In this document: positions 1 through 19,347 of the stretch, one piece after another
Numbering within the stretch: position 1 is the first letter of the stretch
Layout: every line of letters starts with the position of its first letter
Notes under the pieces: model-generated
The model's input: only the letters and a program-made list of their open reading frames with translations
What the model was told of the DNA's origin: nothing
Database searches by the model: none
Position numbers and translations under genes: made by a program
Assembly (NCBI GenBank): GCA_038496445.1
Contig: JALMLS010000562.1
Coordinates: 186,001 to 250,000, forward strand
Length of the DNA stretch: 64,000 nucleotides
Direction: 5' to 3'
DNA from: Trichosphaerium sp. ATCC 40318
Taxonomy: Eukaryota; Protista; Tubulinea

Positions 1-91
1 GTGCGGTACATGTGAGAATCGTTGTTTAATTTGAAAATCAACAAGGTAAAACGTAGTCAGAATTCACGTATCCTGTACAGTTTGTTCCATA

Positions 92-1692
92 ATGCTGGCT
101 ATAGTGATAACCATACTTGTTTTGGTTATGCCATGCCATTGTAGCACTGACACTATTGCCAAGCTTAACAGGCGCATTGAAGCAATGAAAAATACTCGCG
201 TAGCGTACGAAAGAGCTTTGTGGCATACAAGAGATCAATTACGAGAAATGACAGCGTATATCGAGTCAACAATAACAGACAGCGAAGTACGAGCAAAAAG
301 ACATGTTACAGAGGTATTTAAACTATTTTTTTTGCCATTTCATAACCGAAATAGGTTGATAGACGCTCCAAACTATCATACGTTGAATTCTATCAAGAAT
401 ACGCCATGAAATCAAAACCAGTAATTATAACCGACTACTCCACATCGTTTTTTGCTTCAGGCATCCCATGGACACGAAATCATATAACTGTACCTTGTCC
501 CTAACGTATATTTGGTGTTCACACTGTTTAGCGTACTTGTAAAGGCTCTGAAGTTGAAATAAGTGTGCATGACCCAAAAGCAGAAGTACAAAAACTTTCC
601 CTTTACCTTCTTGCTCTGACGCTTTTTTGCAACTTCTAGATTTGGGCTAAGCTTGCGGAGCACTCAATTATGCCTATTGAGAAGTACATGAAAGAATACG
701 CGAAGGTAAGGCTTTTTTATCACGTGATCACAAAGTTAAACATAAATTGACACCTTTGCCAAACAGCGAGAAAGTTACAAAGATACAAATGAATTATTGT
801 ATTTACATGATGTCCCACTACCTTATACTTGCCCTTCACTACTCGATGATTTTGTAATGCCAAAGTACTTTGCCCCAGGTATCTATCATTTGAGAGTACG
901 TAGCATCTAACTATAGTAGATTTTCTACAAAAGGTTCCTCCAAAGTATGAAGACATTGATGTTAACTATGTAAATTACTGGCCAAGTCTGTATGTTCTTG
1001 TTTTTATCAGTCGCTGCTTTTTTGATTGTCACTAGCTTTGTGGGTCCAAAGGGTTCTCAATCATCACTGCATGTTGATGCTTTTGGTAGTAATTTCTGGA
1101 TGCTGGCACTTGAGGGAAGGAAAGAATGGTAACAGTTAAAATTAAGCCTTGGTATTTATGCATTTAGGAATTTTTTTGCTCCTCAGGATAGACTGTACTT
1201 GTACGAAGACAGAGGTAAATCCTTCTTCAACCTCGACACGTTTTCTCCTCCGCCTGAAGCCAGGCTTTTCGCTAGAACTAAAACTATGCATTGTATTCTT
1301 CAACCTGGAGAGTTACTTGTCGTACCAGGTGGTGCACCTCATCAGGTTTGATTGTTTTTTAAATATTTACTTAACTCGTTCCCTAGGTGAGGAATCTCGA
1401 TGACATAGTTGCCATCGGTACTCTACTCGTATAAATAACGCATTAACAACTCACTAGCTGGTAATTACATTGATGGATCAAACTACAGAAGTGTTGTTTC
1501 TGAATTCGAGTTAGAGGCTCATGCAGGTTCATTTCCTGCTGAAGTAATGTTGGATGAGCTCAGGTAAGCATTCTCATAATATTCTCGTGTATCTAACTGT
1601 CATCAAGGAACCTCGATTTACCCCAACTAATGTCACGTGTACCAAAGGATCTTAAATATGCAGATTTCAAAAAACAACAACCTAGACAATAA
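92..1692 (+). CDS. JmjC-domain (cupin) oxygenase with N-terminal signal peptide; multi-exon
   Basis: The spliced translation gives a hydrophobic leader (MLAIVITILVLVMPCHC), RRSKLSYVEFYQEYAMKSKPVIIT, LFVGPKGSQSSLHVDAFGSNFWMLALEGRKEW and QPGELLVVPGGAPHQVRNL (HxD...H triad). TAA at 1690-1692. Confidence 0.85.
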
Positions 1693-1753
1693 TACAAACA
1701 AAAGGAAGAACGTATCATTTCGTTGTTCTTTTCTTTTTTTTTGAACAATTATT

Positions 1754-7586
<5,833 letters not shown>

Positions 7587-7888
7587 ATTTCTTCAGTAAT
7601 AAATTACCCATCGCGTATACGCGAAAAGGGGGTGCGTTAGAGATGCCCCAACACTTAAAATTGAAATGGTTAACTTAAAATGCAATCTAGCGTGATCCGT
7701 TTTTACTTGACACCGCAACAATAGCAATTTTGGCACGCAGACATCCTTGCATAGCCAATTTTGAGTTCCGTAACAAAGTACCTTTTGGTAACCTGTTACA
7801 ACTTTTTTTTTCCCCCTATTATGAACTAGAATGTGGGGTGGACCTTTAAACAACAATCAACATTTGGCAGTACGTAATTTAACGCAAA

Positions 7889-10800
7889 ATGCCAACGGCA
7901 GGCGACGCGGTGCGTTACAACATCCAAGACGCAGAAGAAGGGTACCTACCATGGAGTTACGCGTTTTGTTGGCCTTACGACTTTTTTCTAGAAAGGTAGA
8001 AGGGCAGCGTTTAAGAGCGATTTCATAGTCATCACAGAGTTTTGCGAACATAAGGGTACAACTTGAAAATAACCAAAACACAACGGATTTTATTCTTTTT
8101 TTCAGTTCCCAACGTACATCATTCGCTGACCCTTCTCCAGGACCAGTATGTCGCAAAATAATAGGAAATCACGGGAATTTTGATTTAAAGACGTACGGTA
8201 CAAAGACTTTGGCTCAGGGAGCTCCTACCGATAACATGGGCGTTCTTGTGGATCTGCCCAATGAATGCGCAGGCGTTTTTTTTCAGCACATGCAATTATA
8301 CGACATACATGCTAGGTAAGCGTGATTTTCACGTGTTTTGTCTTGTGATGCATGTAATTGACTTTTTATTCCAGAGGTTACGTTCGTACAATGACCTTTG
8401 GATATATATCAAGAGATACAAAGAAATTAGCACGCGCTATGCCTCATTTTTTGGCAGGATTTAAAATGGTAGAATTACGATTTTGTTCTCTTTCTTTTCT
8501 TGTTTTTTTTTTATTGTTAGCTTCGCTTGCTTATCGCCCTTCGAGATTGCTGAGATGTTAAAGAAGTCTAACAGATCCCAATTTTTAAAAGAAGCAGAAA
8601 CAAAAGTAAAGAGTATAGCACAAGACGAGGTAATGCGTTTACAATCATAGAAGGATGTGAATTTTTAATCAAATTTATTAAGGACGAACTGCAATTGTTG
8701 CATTCGCTAATAGACAAACTACATAAGCAACGTGAAGAAGTATGTGTTAATGATCATAAATCGGAGCTAATATTGGTTACAGGCATTACACAATTTCCTA
8801 AAAGTAGAAGCTACAGAATTAATAACAGATCCAGTGTTATACGAAACTGACAATATGAGGTTGGGTTCTGTCACCTTTTTTGAATTAAACTAATGTCCAT
8901 AGTGATACATCTAGTATGCCTGCTGCGTCTTTTGAGGGAGAAGATGAACTGGCCAGAGTACGTCACATTATACAAGGCACGCTCTAACAACAACTAGATG
9001 TCTAATGGGTTGAATAAATCCAACGGATTGGATGATGGTACAACTTAACTCTCAGCCAACTTTCTCTAATTACTAAGCAGGATATGGAGTGTTTGAACAC
9101 CGTCCACGAAACGCTTCATTACTTGATTTTGCTACAGTTGATAGTAACAGAAGCAGCTACTCTGTAGATAGTGACACAGAACCTGGTAGTACATCATCCG
9201 ATGTGAGTTTTCTATTCAATTGGTTTTTTCTGTTTGTTACTATGTCTGATTAAATTTATAAAGGATCATGAACAGAACGTACCTATCGACCTACAAACCA
9301 ATGTAACATTGAACAATAAGAGTCTTCGGACTTTGAAACAACTATGTTCAAGCTGGAACGAAGCTATGCGCCAATTAGAGGATATAAAAAAGTATTTTGG
9401 TCGTAGCTCTCCATTGCTACAACTTGAACAACAATCCCTAAATTTCTTCAGTAAGTTTGAGTTGGTTTTTTCCATGCTAATACATGACTAGTTCCTACAT
9501 CTCTTCTCTTTGTAATGGGCAACTCTGGAATCTCCAATTTTTATACAAACTACAATATGCCGCCTAGATCATGGCACGCACTTAATAGCTCAGCAAATGG
9601 CAACGCAAGCAATGAAGCACCAGTAGCACAAAATGTTGACGCCTATGTCAACAATTTTTTTATTCATAAACGCAACAAGTACGCCCTTACACATTACCAT
9701 TAGATGAATTCTTTAATGAAATTAATTATTTGTCACAGGCATTACACTGATAAATTCGGAGGAGTATGGCATAGTTCAAGAAAACGGCCTTCTGGTATTG
9801 GAATCCTTCAATTATTGAAAGATGGTTTTCACTATCTTAAACATATTATTTATTCGCTCCTCATTGGTACGTCAAGGCATATATCCTATAAAAATTATAC
9901 GCTTATGCTTGCTTTAAGGTCGCCCTGTAATTGTTATTGGAAAAGGTGTTGATGGAGAACCTAATCCGTAAGACTGTTGCGTTTTTTGGTTTTGACTTTT
10001 TTTATTAGAGACGTTGAAGCTGCTGTTCAAGCCTTATCAATTTTTGTGCCTGGGTACCATTATAGGTGTAAGCGATGGTACAAAAAGGATATTGTTAATT
10101 GGCAAGTGCTATCAACGATAAAATTGATGGGTCTTGATAACAGTGCGCGTATTCATGAAGGCATAAAGGTGAGTTTGATAAATAACAAAATAAATAAGCA
10201 ATTTCTTTTCTTTGACACTTTATCGCTAGCGGTATATTACAGTTTTTGATATGGACACGAGAGTGATATATTGTCCTGTTTATGAAGGTGAAGGGTTTAT
10301 TAATACACTCTATGATGTCAATCAAACATGGCCTGTAAGTTACTATGAATACACCAAGATGTTGGCAGCGTGGTTCTCACTTTTGTATTTTTTTAGAACG
10401 AAGACATTTACCTCAACAATATCAAACTACAGTTTGAAGAGTTGGCTTTAGAAGTAAGAAAAAAAGTCATAATTTGTTTATTTTGTTAATCACGTTTTAG
10501 GCTTGGAAATATTACCATATATTTTGTTGTATTGATGTTGAAAATGATGCTGAGGGTGTTGAGGAAAGAGCACAGAAAGAAGAAATCCATTTTAAAACTC
10601 ATGGTACACTACCCTGTGATGTACCGATTATAAAGTACATGGCTTTTATTGTAAAAGAACAACAATACCTGGAGTCACGCGGACAAAAGAAGAATTCTCA
10701 GCAAGGTTTCAGGTTGCGCTTAGACTACTCAGAATGCAAAATGGTAAGCGCAACAACGCTCAGCCCAAGCCCTAAAGCTGCACATAAAACAGGGCAATAA
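7889..10800 (+). CDS. SMCR8: SMCR8/folliculin-family DENN-like protein
   Basis: Spliced motifs SDFIVITEFCEHKGP and HMQLYDIHARGYVRTMTFGYISRD match the SMCR8 longin motifs (DFILISEFSEQVGP; HLTLYDLEARGFVRP). The first intron (7910-7991) was inferred from frame. Confidence 0.75.
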
Positions 10801-11017
10801 AAGTCTTCTAAAAATCGTCTTAACATTGCACGTACTCCGGGAAAACAACCCTTCTAATACCGGTTTTATTAACACATATACAACTAATATCCGAAAGCTT
10901 GATTTTCCACAATCTCTACTTCTTGAACAAATAGTGCGAGTTTTCTAGATACAGAATAAAAATGAAGATGAATTTTATTGACTACATATTCACACACTCA
11001 CTAAACACCACACAACA

Positions 11018-12380
11018 ATGGTACGTAATTATAGTTGAGTAACTTGATACAGCTACATGCTTTGTTTTGCAATTACTCGCATCGGAAATCAGTTTATTAA
11101 TTTATGGGTAGACAAGCCTTCATTTCAGCCTAAAAGGTCCCTCTCTTATGCGTACCGCGAGTCAAGCCATTTTTGAAATAAAAGTTACTGCAGACAATGT
11201 GCGTTGTTGCGCAAGAACGCAAGTTAGGCTTGTCCCAACTATTGCCTTTTTTGGAATGTCAAACTAACTTACGGCTAGGGAGGTCCAGCAGATATACCAG
11301 ATCAATTTCAAATTGCTGTCTCAGGACCAAGCACATATTACCCAACAGCAATGCGCCAATCTATTGGTACGAAGACTTTTAACGCCACTATAACCAAAAG
11401 TGTCAAACTATCTCATTTTTCCGTTTGTAGGAGTATACGCTTTTGAATTTACACCATCACCTTCCGGCCACTACGTCGTCACTATTGACAGGTCTGGTAA
11501 ACGTTTATTCAATGAAGGTCATAAACTGGAAGCACGCGACAATGTCAAATCATCAAATGGTGGCAGTGGTGGTGTACCAACTGGCGCTTCCAGCGGTGGT
11601 CGTGTTAGCTTCACAATGGAAGGTATTGGTCTCGCTAATGGGCGCGTGAGAGATAGACGTACATTCACAATAAAAAACACAGGTACTGAACACCTATGAA
11701 GTAATAACCTCTATTAACCATAAAACGAAGGAAACGTAAATGCTTCTGATCTCTCAATTGTTATCAGAGGCCCTGAAACTTGCACAGCCAGCATTAGCGG
11801 AAGCTCAGGATGCTTCCAAGCTACCTACAGCGTAGGTTCACCTGGCGTTTACACTGTTGATTTCAAGTACATTGGTTCAAATGTACTCCAAAAGCAACAC
11901 CAAATGACTATTTCAGCTTGTGAGTATATTCGACATTTTAACTGATTTTTGATGGAAATAACTTCGCGTTTAGATCCAAGGGGTAGTAATAGTGCAGTTT
12001 CTGGTAATGGCCAAATCGGAATAAATCAAGAATACAATTTTAAAGTCATGTCAATTGATGCAAATGGCTACGCCATACCTGTGGGTGGTGATGTCTATGA
12101 GGTGCGATCAAGAGCTATTCAATCGATTTCCTAAAATAACACGCTATAGATGCTAGTTAGTGGTGTTGAAGGAGGCTTTTGTAAACCACAGCTTGTTGAT
12201 AACAAGGATGGCACATACACAGGCAAAATAATATTTTACACAGCGGGAACATACGAACTTACAGTACGTCCTACTCATCAATATTGTTCCTTGTATCTAT
12301 TGTACCTAACCTAGTGGTTGTAGTGCCAGTTCAATGGACAACATCTCAAAAACTCTCCATGGAGTGTACGAGCACAATAA
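11018..12380 (+). CDS. Filamin/ABP120-type Ig repeat protein (3 repeats)
   Basis: ATG-only first exon. Repeats GVYAFEFTPSPSGHYVVTI, GCFQATYSVGSPGVYTVDF and VDNKDGTYTGKIIFYTAGTYEL...GQHLKNSPW. Confidence 0.8.
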
Positions 12381-12698
12381 AAACTCTAGTTTCTATTATT
12401 TACTATTTGAATAATCTCGTAAGACCATCTATACCCAGTTGCAACCAATGACCAAGACTGACATATTTCACAATTGCACAGCACTCAACAACGTGTATGT
12501 CCCAGCCTATTATACAAAATGCTATTGTCACAAAAGAAGCAAAAGCGCCGTTCATTTATTGGCTACCTCGTATTACTTGAAAAGTGCAACTACGCCATAA
12601 TCCTGGTTACTCCAAATTAAAAATAAATAGCAAAGTTGCGTTTTTAGTAGTCTTCCTCCTTATTGTAGGCTACTTAAAGTATTTTACAAATGTTTATT

Positions 12699-15600
12699 TT
12701 ACAAACTTAGCTTATCACTTGTATAATCACTTCTATCACTTTCTTTACCACTTGTTTTAGCGCTTTGTTGTCGCTTTTCACTACTACTTTCTCTTTCCCT
12801 TTGTTCCTTTGCTTCTTCTCTAGCTTTGAGTACTCTATCTTTAATCGTTTGTAATTCTCTAAACTTGAAACGAAGCGATGTTTTAGTTCTTGTTCTTTGA
12901 GATTTTGTTAGGCTCAATAAAGACCTCTTTTTCGAAAGCTCGTCTGAGTCCCTATAGACATACTTAACTTTGTTCTTCCCACAAGATTTGCTTTGACAGA
13001 TTGTGAACGTGTAAATGCCGGTGTGGTAGAAGGTGCAGTTGGATTGAACACAGAAGCTGCATTCCAGTGTCGACGCTTTGCAAGTACAATGCTTTGAATG
13101 ATATTTAATACATAATATGAATATACACAACCCAATCCTAGCAACAGCTAGGAAAGGGATTCTCTAACTACAACACGCCCAAATATGAGATATTACAAAA
13201 GCAGCAGAGTTTGGCAATATCGCGTAAGGGTGACAGGTTTTTTGTTGAAAAAATAAATATCTAGCATCAACATTTTACTTACCCATCTTCGGCATTGCTA
13301 TTGTTCCTTGTGTACACTTGAAGTTTCTTCAATATAAGATTTAAGATTTCAACAGCAGATAAGAAGTTAATAAACCAAACTTCTTCTTGATCATCAAGTT
13401 CAGTATAAAGAGAAATGTAGCTATCGTAAAAAGAAAATGGTAAGTACACTTTAAACACGTGATAGTAAAATGCGTACGCAAGTTGTGATAACAAGTTCTT
13501 TGGCGCCACCTTGCAAATGATGTAACTCATGATTGGCAAATAGTCATCTGGACCACCATTGAGAGGCTTCACATAATTCAATAATACATTCCAGGTATCA
13601 ACAATAACTCTCATCTTATCGTGTGGAGCCTTGAACAATGACATTTTAATAAGCTCTAGAAGTAGGTCGTTAAGTTTAATACTTTTTGAATCATTCAAAA
13701 ATAGAAGCAAGTACCTTGTTGTGCCGGTAACCAAGGCGCTTGATGGTAAAATTTCTGCCTTAGTTCAAGGTCAACAACCTAGTAAAGTTAGCAGAAAATT
13801 CATTACAAATCAACAAGGTTGTACCTTCACTAACGGTCCCTTCTCTTCTAATTCTTGACTGAAGTCTACATCAAGTGCAGTCTGTGGGAATATTTTATCG
13901 TATAGTTTAGATAAGAGAATACGCTCGAGATTGTACATCGCTTGCTGTGTGAGATGGCCTTTACCTTTCCATAACTCATGATTCAAAACTTCTTGTTTTG
14001 ATAATTTCAGGAAGCCACGAACACTCTTTGAGTTGGCGTCACAAGCAACACATGTATTTGGAGTAGTAAGTGATGGATTACACTGACAATTACTGACGTC
14101 TTGAGCTTGTTTTCTAAACCGTGATACAAACCTAAAATACAAAAACTTAGTTTAACAGAAAAAAAAACTTGTTTATCTTTAACTTACGTATCTTGAAGTT
14201 GATCATACGTATCTTCACGGAAACGACGGATCTTTAGATCAGTCAAAAACTCTAGTAACTGACGCTGTTGATCACGAACAAGCGCAATCTGGGACTCAAT
14301 CTGTTTTAAGAACCATACAGCACCTCGTCGCTCTGCTTCACAACCTTGCTTACGAATATTCATGTCCTAATGGCGTTAATCAGAAAAACTCAAAGCAAAT
14401 TACTAGAATTAACAACGTACATTAACCATTTCTTCAAGGAGAAGAGTAAAGTCCTTTTCCGCGTACTTGATCGGTACACGCTCTAAACTTCTGCAAGCTT
14501 CACAAATCTGAGCGTTGAAAATATTTGCAATCTCAAAGGATCGATTTCGCTACGAGTATCTATTGTGAGTTCGCATATCGTTAAGAATTTTAGACATACA
14601 GATAATTGAGCTTGTAATACATCTGATACACTACTTCCAGTAATATCAACTAACTGATCTAAACCACGAAGAACCAACATTAAATTTTGCTTAGCAAATT
14701 GAAGGAATGGATCTGGTTTCGTCTTTTGAACTGACGTTTCCTCTTTCTTTGGCTTCATGTCTTTCACTAAAAGAAATAATTTAGAACTCACTGGATTCCT
14801 ATAGCCATATCGATATACCTTTACTCATGTCCAACATGATAAACTCTGTGCGTTTGCAAAAGTCATCAATAGAAGAGTAGATTTTCTCATTGGTTTCACG
14901 GAGAAGTCCATCAGACCATACTTCATCGTTATTGGCTATTAATGTTACAATAACACGCAAATCGGATGATGATATGAGTAAGAATTGATGAGGTGAAGTC
15001 ACTTTGCCATCAGAATCGCTGAAGTAATCAGATGGTTCTGGCACGTCCCACATTGTTTTATTGTAGAACTCATTTACTTTAGGTGCCAATTCTATGAGTT
15101 CAACCATTTCTTAAACTCGTCAGACGTAATAGCTTCGTAATGATTACTCACCTCTGCGAGACTGAGACCTTGGTCTACCACTAGCTTTGAAATCATTCCC
15201 ACGCCGTTCACCTATCTTCAGAGTACCTCTACAAAACTTTAGAATGGCTAGCATGTTAAGTACACATACGGTCTGTGAGACTTGCTTTCATCCACTTTAT
15301 TAGCCAAGCGCGACTTGTCTTGTTAGATTTTGTATACGTGCGATGAGGTACCTTTTGTCTCATCAAAGGTGTAATGACCGGTAATGGCCTGTTGGTTAAA
15401 TCAACCATGCTCTTCTAAAGTTTTGTTAGCTATTGTAGAGTAATTCGTGTTTTATACCCCTCTAATACGCCCAGAACTTGTTTCGGAATCTTTTGACCCT
15501 AATCTCTGATTTCTGTTAGTACAAGCACCAAACTCATTCGAATACACGTACAACGAGCATAGGTCTCTTAGGTGGAGAAGCTGCATTACCACCGATAGTC

Positions 15601-17665
15601 TCATGCTTCAAAATTTATTAGAGACTCAATGACATAATGACACATACTTGAGTTTCGCTAACTGTTGAACGAGGTATTGGAGGCGTAGGTCGTTGAGGAA
15701 CAGGAGACTTAGGAAATCCTGATCTTGGGGATCCTTGGCCAGAAGATTGCCTAAAAACGTAAGAAAACAAGAAATACAAGCGTTGTTAGTAGCCCGTACT
15801 TGCGTATGTTCGCAGTCATTTTCTTTAGTTGTTGAGCATTCATCGTATTTGCTTTTTTGGGAGGACGAGAGCTACCTGAGGTTGTTAGCGTGTATTACTT
15901 CAACAATAACTACGTACTGACTGTGATATTAGTTGTACGCTTTGGGCTCTAAACACGTTTACTACAACACCATAACATCAACACGTACTTTCACTAATCT
16001 AAAGGTACCAGAGCGACGCTTGTTCTTTCTATCGTCCAGATTTTGAATAGAGTCCAAAGTAGCAATTATTTGATTTTTAGTTTTCTCCAATGTACGTGTT
16101 TTCTCTGAAGAACCAGCACCTTTGGTCTTTTCTTTTTTGTCTGTTCCATAACTGTGTATTTTTCCTGCCAAATCTACCAGGCGAACAGCAAGCTAATAGT
16201 ATTAGCTAGGTACACTAAGCATAGACGCACTTGAATTAAATAGTTGCGCTCCCTGTGACCAATAACACCACCAGAAACAAGTCCATAACTTTCAGGTCTG
16301 ATAATAGCCGGTACCTCAAAAGCGTCAGGATACCCATGCAGCCAAAATACATACCACAAAGTGCTTAAATAATATATTAATAACAATTTTACGCGTCAAG
16401 CGTCGCTTTTCAACTGGATCTTCCATGTCTGCCGTGCACATCCTAAGGTTATTTAATAATAATACCATGTCATTAACTTACTTGATGATACGGTTAGTAA
16501 GCCAACGCAAGCCATAAGGGATTAGCGAAGCATTCTCAGCTATTTGGCTCAATATTTTATAAATGGCATTAAGGAGAAGCATTTGAGGATCAGCTGTCGG
16601 GTGTAAGTAATAATCAATGTATCAACCTAAAATTACCTGCAGATATTGTCTTTGAAGACTGGAACAAAAACCGCTAAACGATACGTCAAATTACAAAAGA
16701 CACAAGCAAATCCAAACCTCAGCATCGTTGGTAGAATAATATTTTGACACCATGTTCTTATGTTCTTGAATAACGTAATTCAAGACATTTCGCAGTACAG
16801 TATACAAGTACGGTTTACCATACGTTAAGCTAACATTCAGCGTTACCAATTTACCCTTTACAGTTTACGTACTTCATATAAGTCGATAGTAGGTCAGAGG
16901 TAAAGCAGGAGCTGCTCAAAAAGCTTGATTTTACGTTCCAATTTGCGTATTGCACCTCTGCTACTTGCTAACAAATATGAGCGCTTGCACTTATTGTAAA
17001 AATCCAGAAGCAATACCTCAATGAATCTCAAGAGTAATGACTCGTCAGGCATCGTGTGACAGTTTCCAAATAGTGTGAACACGATAGCTTGAGATACACC
17101 GTGTTGTTGGCGAGTCTCTGAGAAGGTACCAGCGTGTTTAAGAATTTCAAGAAGGTGACTATTGTCTGCACGCAAGCCAGCTATCAACACACCAGTTGCC
17201 TTCACAAAATAATTATTAATAAAATAATAGCACGTGGTTTTGGTGTAGGTAATTGGCGAAACGGTTGATTAATTGCGGTTTTGTAACCTACCTTACGGAG
17301 AGCAGCTGGTGCTTCTTTAAACCGTTTTGTTTTTTTGACACCACTGAAAGGCATCGCAAAGCCTTTGTTCCATATTTGCCTGTCCAAATCGCGCACGTCA
17401 GAGATAACTTCGAACAATTCAAGCGACTTCTGGTTGATCTTCTTTTTTATCAGAGTGTTGGACTTTTGATCTAAATACTCGGTTACACAGCCTTTGTGTC
17501 GTATTTTGGCAATAATTACGCACCCTGCAGCTGTGATAGCTCTTCATTTTGCAATTCCTCCTGTAATTGCGCTAGCTTGTGCCCATTGCAGTATTTTTCT
17601 TTCGGTTGATTGTTATGCTCTACGTTATTTTGGTTCGCTGGCGTTTTCTCCTTAGTAGCCATCAT
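12699..17665 (-). CDS. RasGAP-like + VPS9 domain protein (GAPVD1/RME-6-like)
   Basis: N-terminal RasGAP-like segments (IVFTLFGNCHTMPDESLLL; IPYGLRWL; PAIIRPESYGL) and a C-terminal VPS9 domain (KAPHDKM...GPDDYLPIMSYIICKVAPKNLLSQL). Confidence 0.8.
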
Positions 17666-17938
17666 TGGGCTGTCATAAAGCTAGTGTTATACCCATAAGC
17701 GTGTTTGAGGCCTTACAAATTTGGCAGCACTTTGTGACCTGCCTTTGACCACCTTTTCTACCACCGAGTAAGCGTAAACCACCTCGTGTACGTTCATTCA
17801 AAACCTCAATTTATACTTTTAATTGCGTAGCGCATCTTTATCAAAACTTTTTGCGTAAAAGCAAAACAACCAACCTTCGGTCCATTCATAGATAGCGCAA
17901 GCTATTCGCACAGCAGAAACTAATCTTTTTTCAAGGCA

Positions 17939-19149
17939 ATGAAACTGTTTCGCGCCACCACTGCTGCCTCAGCGCGTGCTCGTACTGTCTCCTCAAGGTT
18001 TGCTCCAAGAGTAACGACACGCCAAGCTCACAACAACAACCGAACCTCAGGTAACAACAATAGCCCAACGTGCGTTATACTAACATACAGGACAGTTTGG
18101 AACCAGAAGTGGTCGAAAACTGTCGCTCAACAGGCAGAAAAGCTTGCTCCAGCTACACAATTTAAACAACTGTTTAACTACATCGATTTTTGGAGAAACA
18201 GCGTATTTCCTTGTGCGTATTGGATAAATCTTGTCAATTTGTCTAATGAATAACGGTAGCTGCTGAATTAGCCGGTATGGGTCTACGTGCTCCTCTAACA
18301 CCTGCTGAGAATGTACGCACTACACTAATTTTTTTTGAGTAACGATCACCATCTTATGTTTATTCTTTGCACAGGCCGCTTTCCTTTACATGAAGGGTGA
18401 GAATGACGCTGTTTCAAAAGAAATTGAAGATGGTGTTGTCGTTACTGAATCTAAAGATGAACACCCAGAGTATATTACAAAACTCATCGAAACATTCAAA
18501 ACTAGCACGTGGTTATGCACACTCACAGTATTGTATGACGAGAAAGACAAACACTACACATTCAACTTGGGACCTGACCCAGAACTTGAATTTCAACAAG
18601 AAGAAAGTGAGTCTTTGGACTTACCTCCGGAGGACCAAAAAGATGATCAACTTGATGAATTGTGGGAGGATGTATCTGAAGATGTCCGTGATTTCCACTA
18701 CAGAATCGATAAAAAATTTGATTCTGTTACTCACAAATACTTGCCGGACAAGAAGGTAACTTGGGTTTTTCTAACGGTTTTTTCGTTGTTTTTTTTTGTT
18801 TGCAACGCGGAAAACAATCGTCACCCTCACGTATATTAATTTGTTGGTTCTAGGCGTACCTCTACCGTCGTTTGATGATCTACGGAAAGGCAATTGAAAT
18901 GTTGAAGTGTTTAAAACCAACTAACGAGTTTGATTTCTATTATGTTTCACCAAACAAATTTCCAAAGCGTGAGGACATGGTACGGTCTTTACAAAAAGCG
19001 TTCCGTTTACTTACACGTATTTTCAGGAAGGTGATATTCCTGGACATGGTTTTTGCGCAGTCCACAAAGATGGTGTATTTGTTAGAGCCGTATGGGTTCC
19101 AAGACGTTTAGTTTTGCAAGCTCAAGGTAAACTCGATGAAGAAGATTAG
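17939..19149 (+). CDS. Uncharacterised acidic protein with predicted mitochondrial presequence
   Basis: Arg/Ala/Ser/Thr-rich leader without acidic residues (MKLFRATTAASARARTVSSRFAPRV). Exons join in frame through GT-AG introns to TAG at 19147-19149. Confidence 0.65.
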
Positions 19150-19347
19150 GCCGTTTAACCAAAAAAAAAGCGGTTTTCTCATAGTGTTGAGTGTACTGTC
19201 TATGTAAAAGTCATCTATACAATAAAATTGCGGTTATCGTGTTAAGTTGAAGTATTTTTGTGCATTTTTCGTTGGCCTCAAACTTACTTGATTTGTCTTC
19301 TTTATTTTCAATTTTTACCCTGTAGCTCGCTAGTACTACGCTGACAA

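Noticed and set aside
7889-7999. Apparent +1 frameshift (AGG TAG) at the start of the SMCR8-like gene
   Set aside because: A canonical GTGCGT...CTAG intron (7910-7991) restores the frame.
12381-12698. Relatively long spacer between convergent genes
   Set aside because: No convincing pairing or ORF; explicable as two 3' UTRs.
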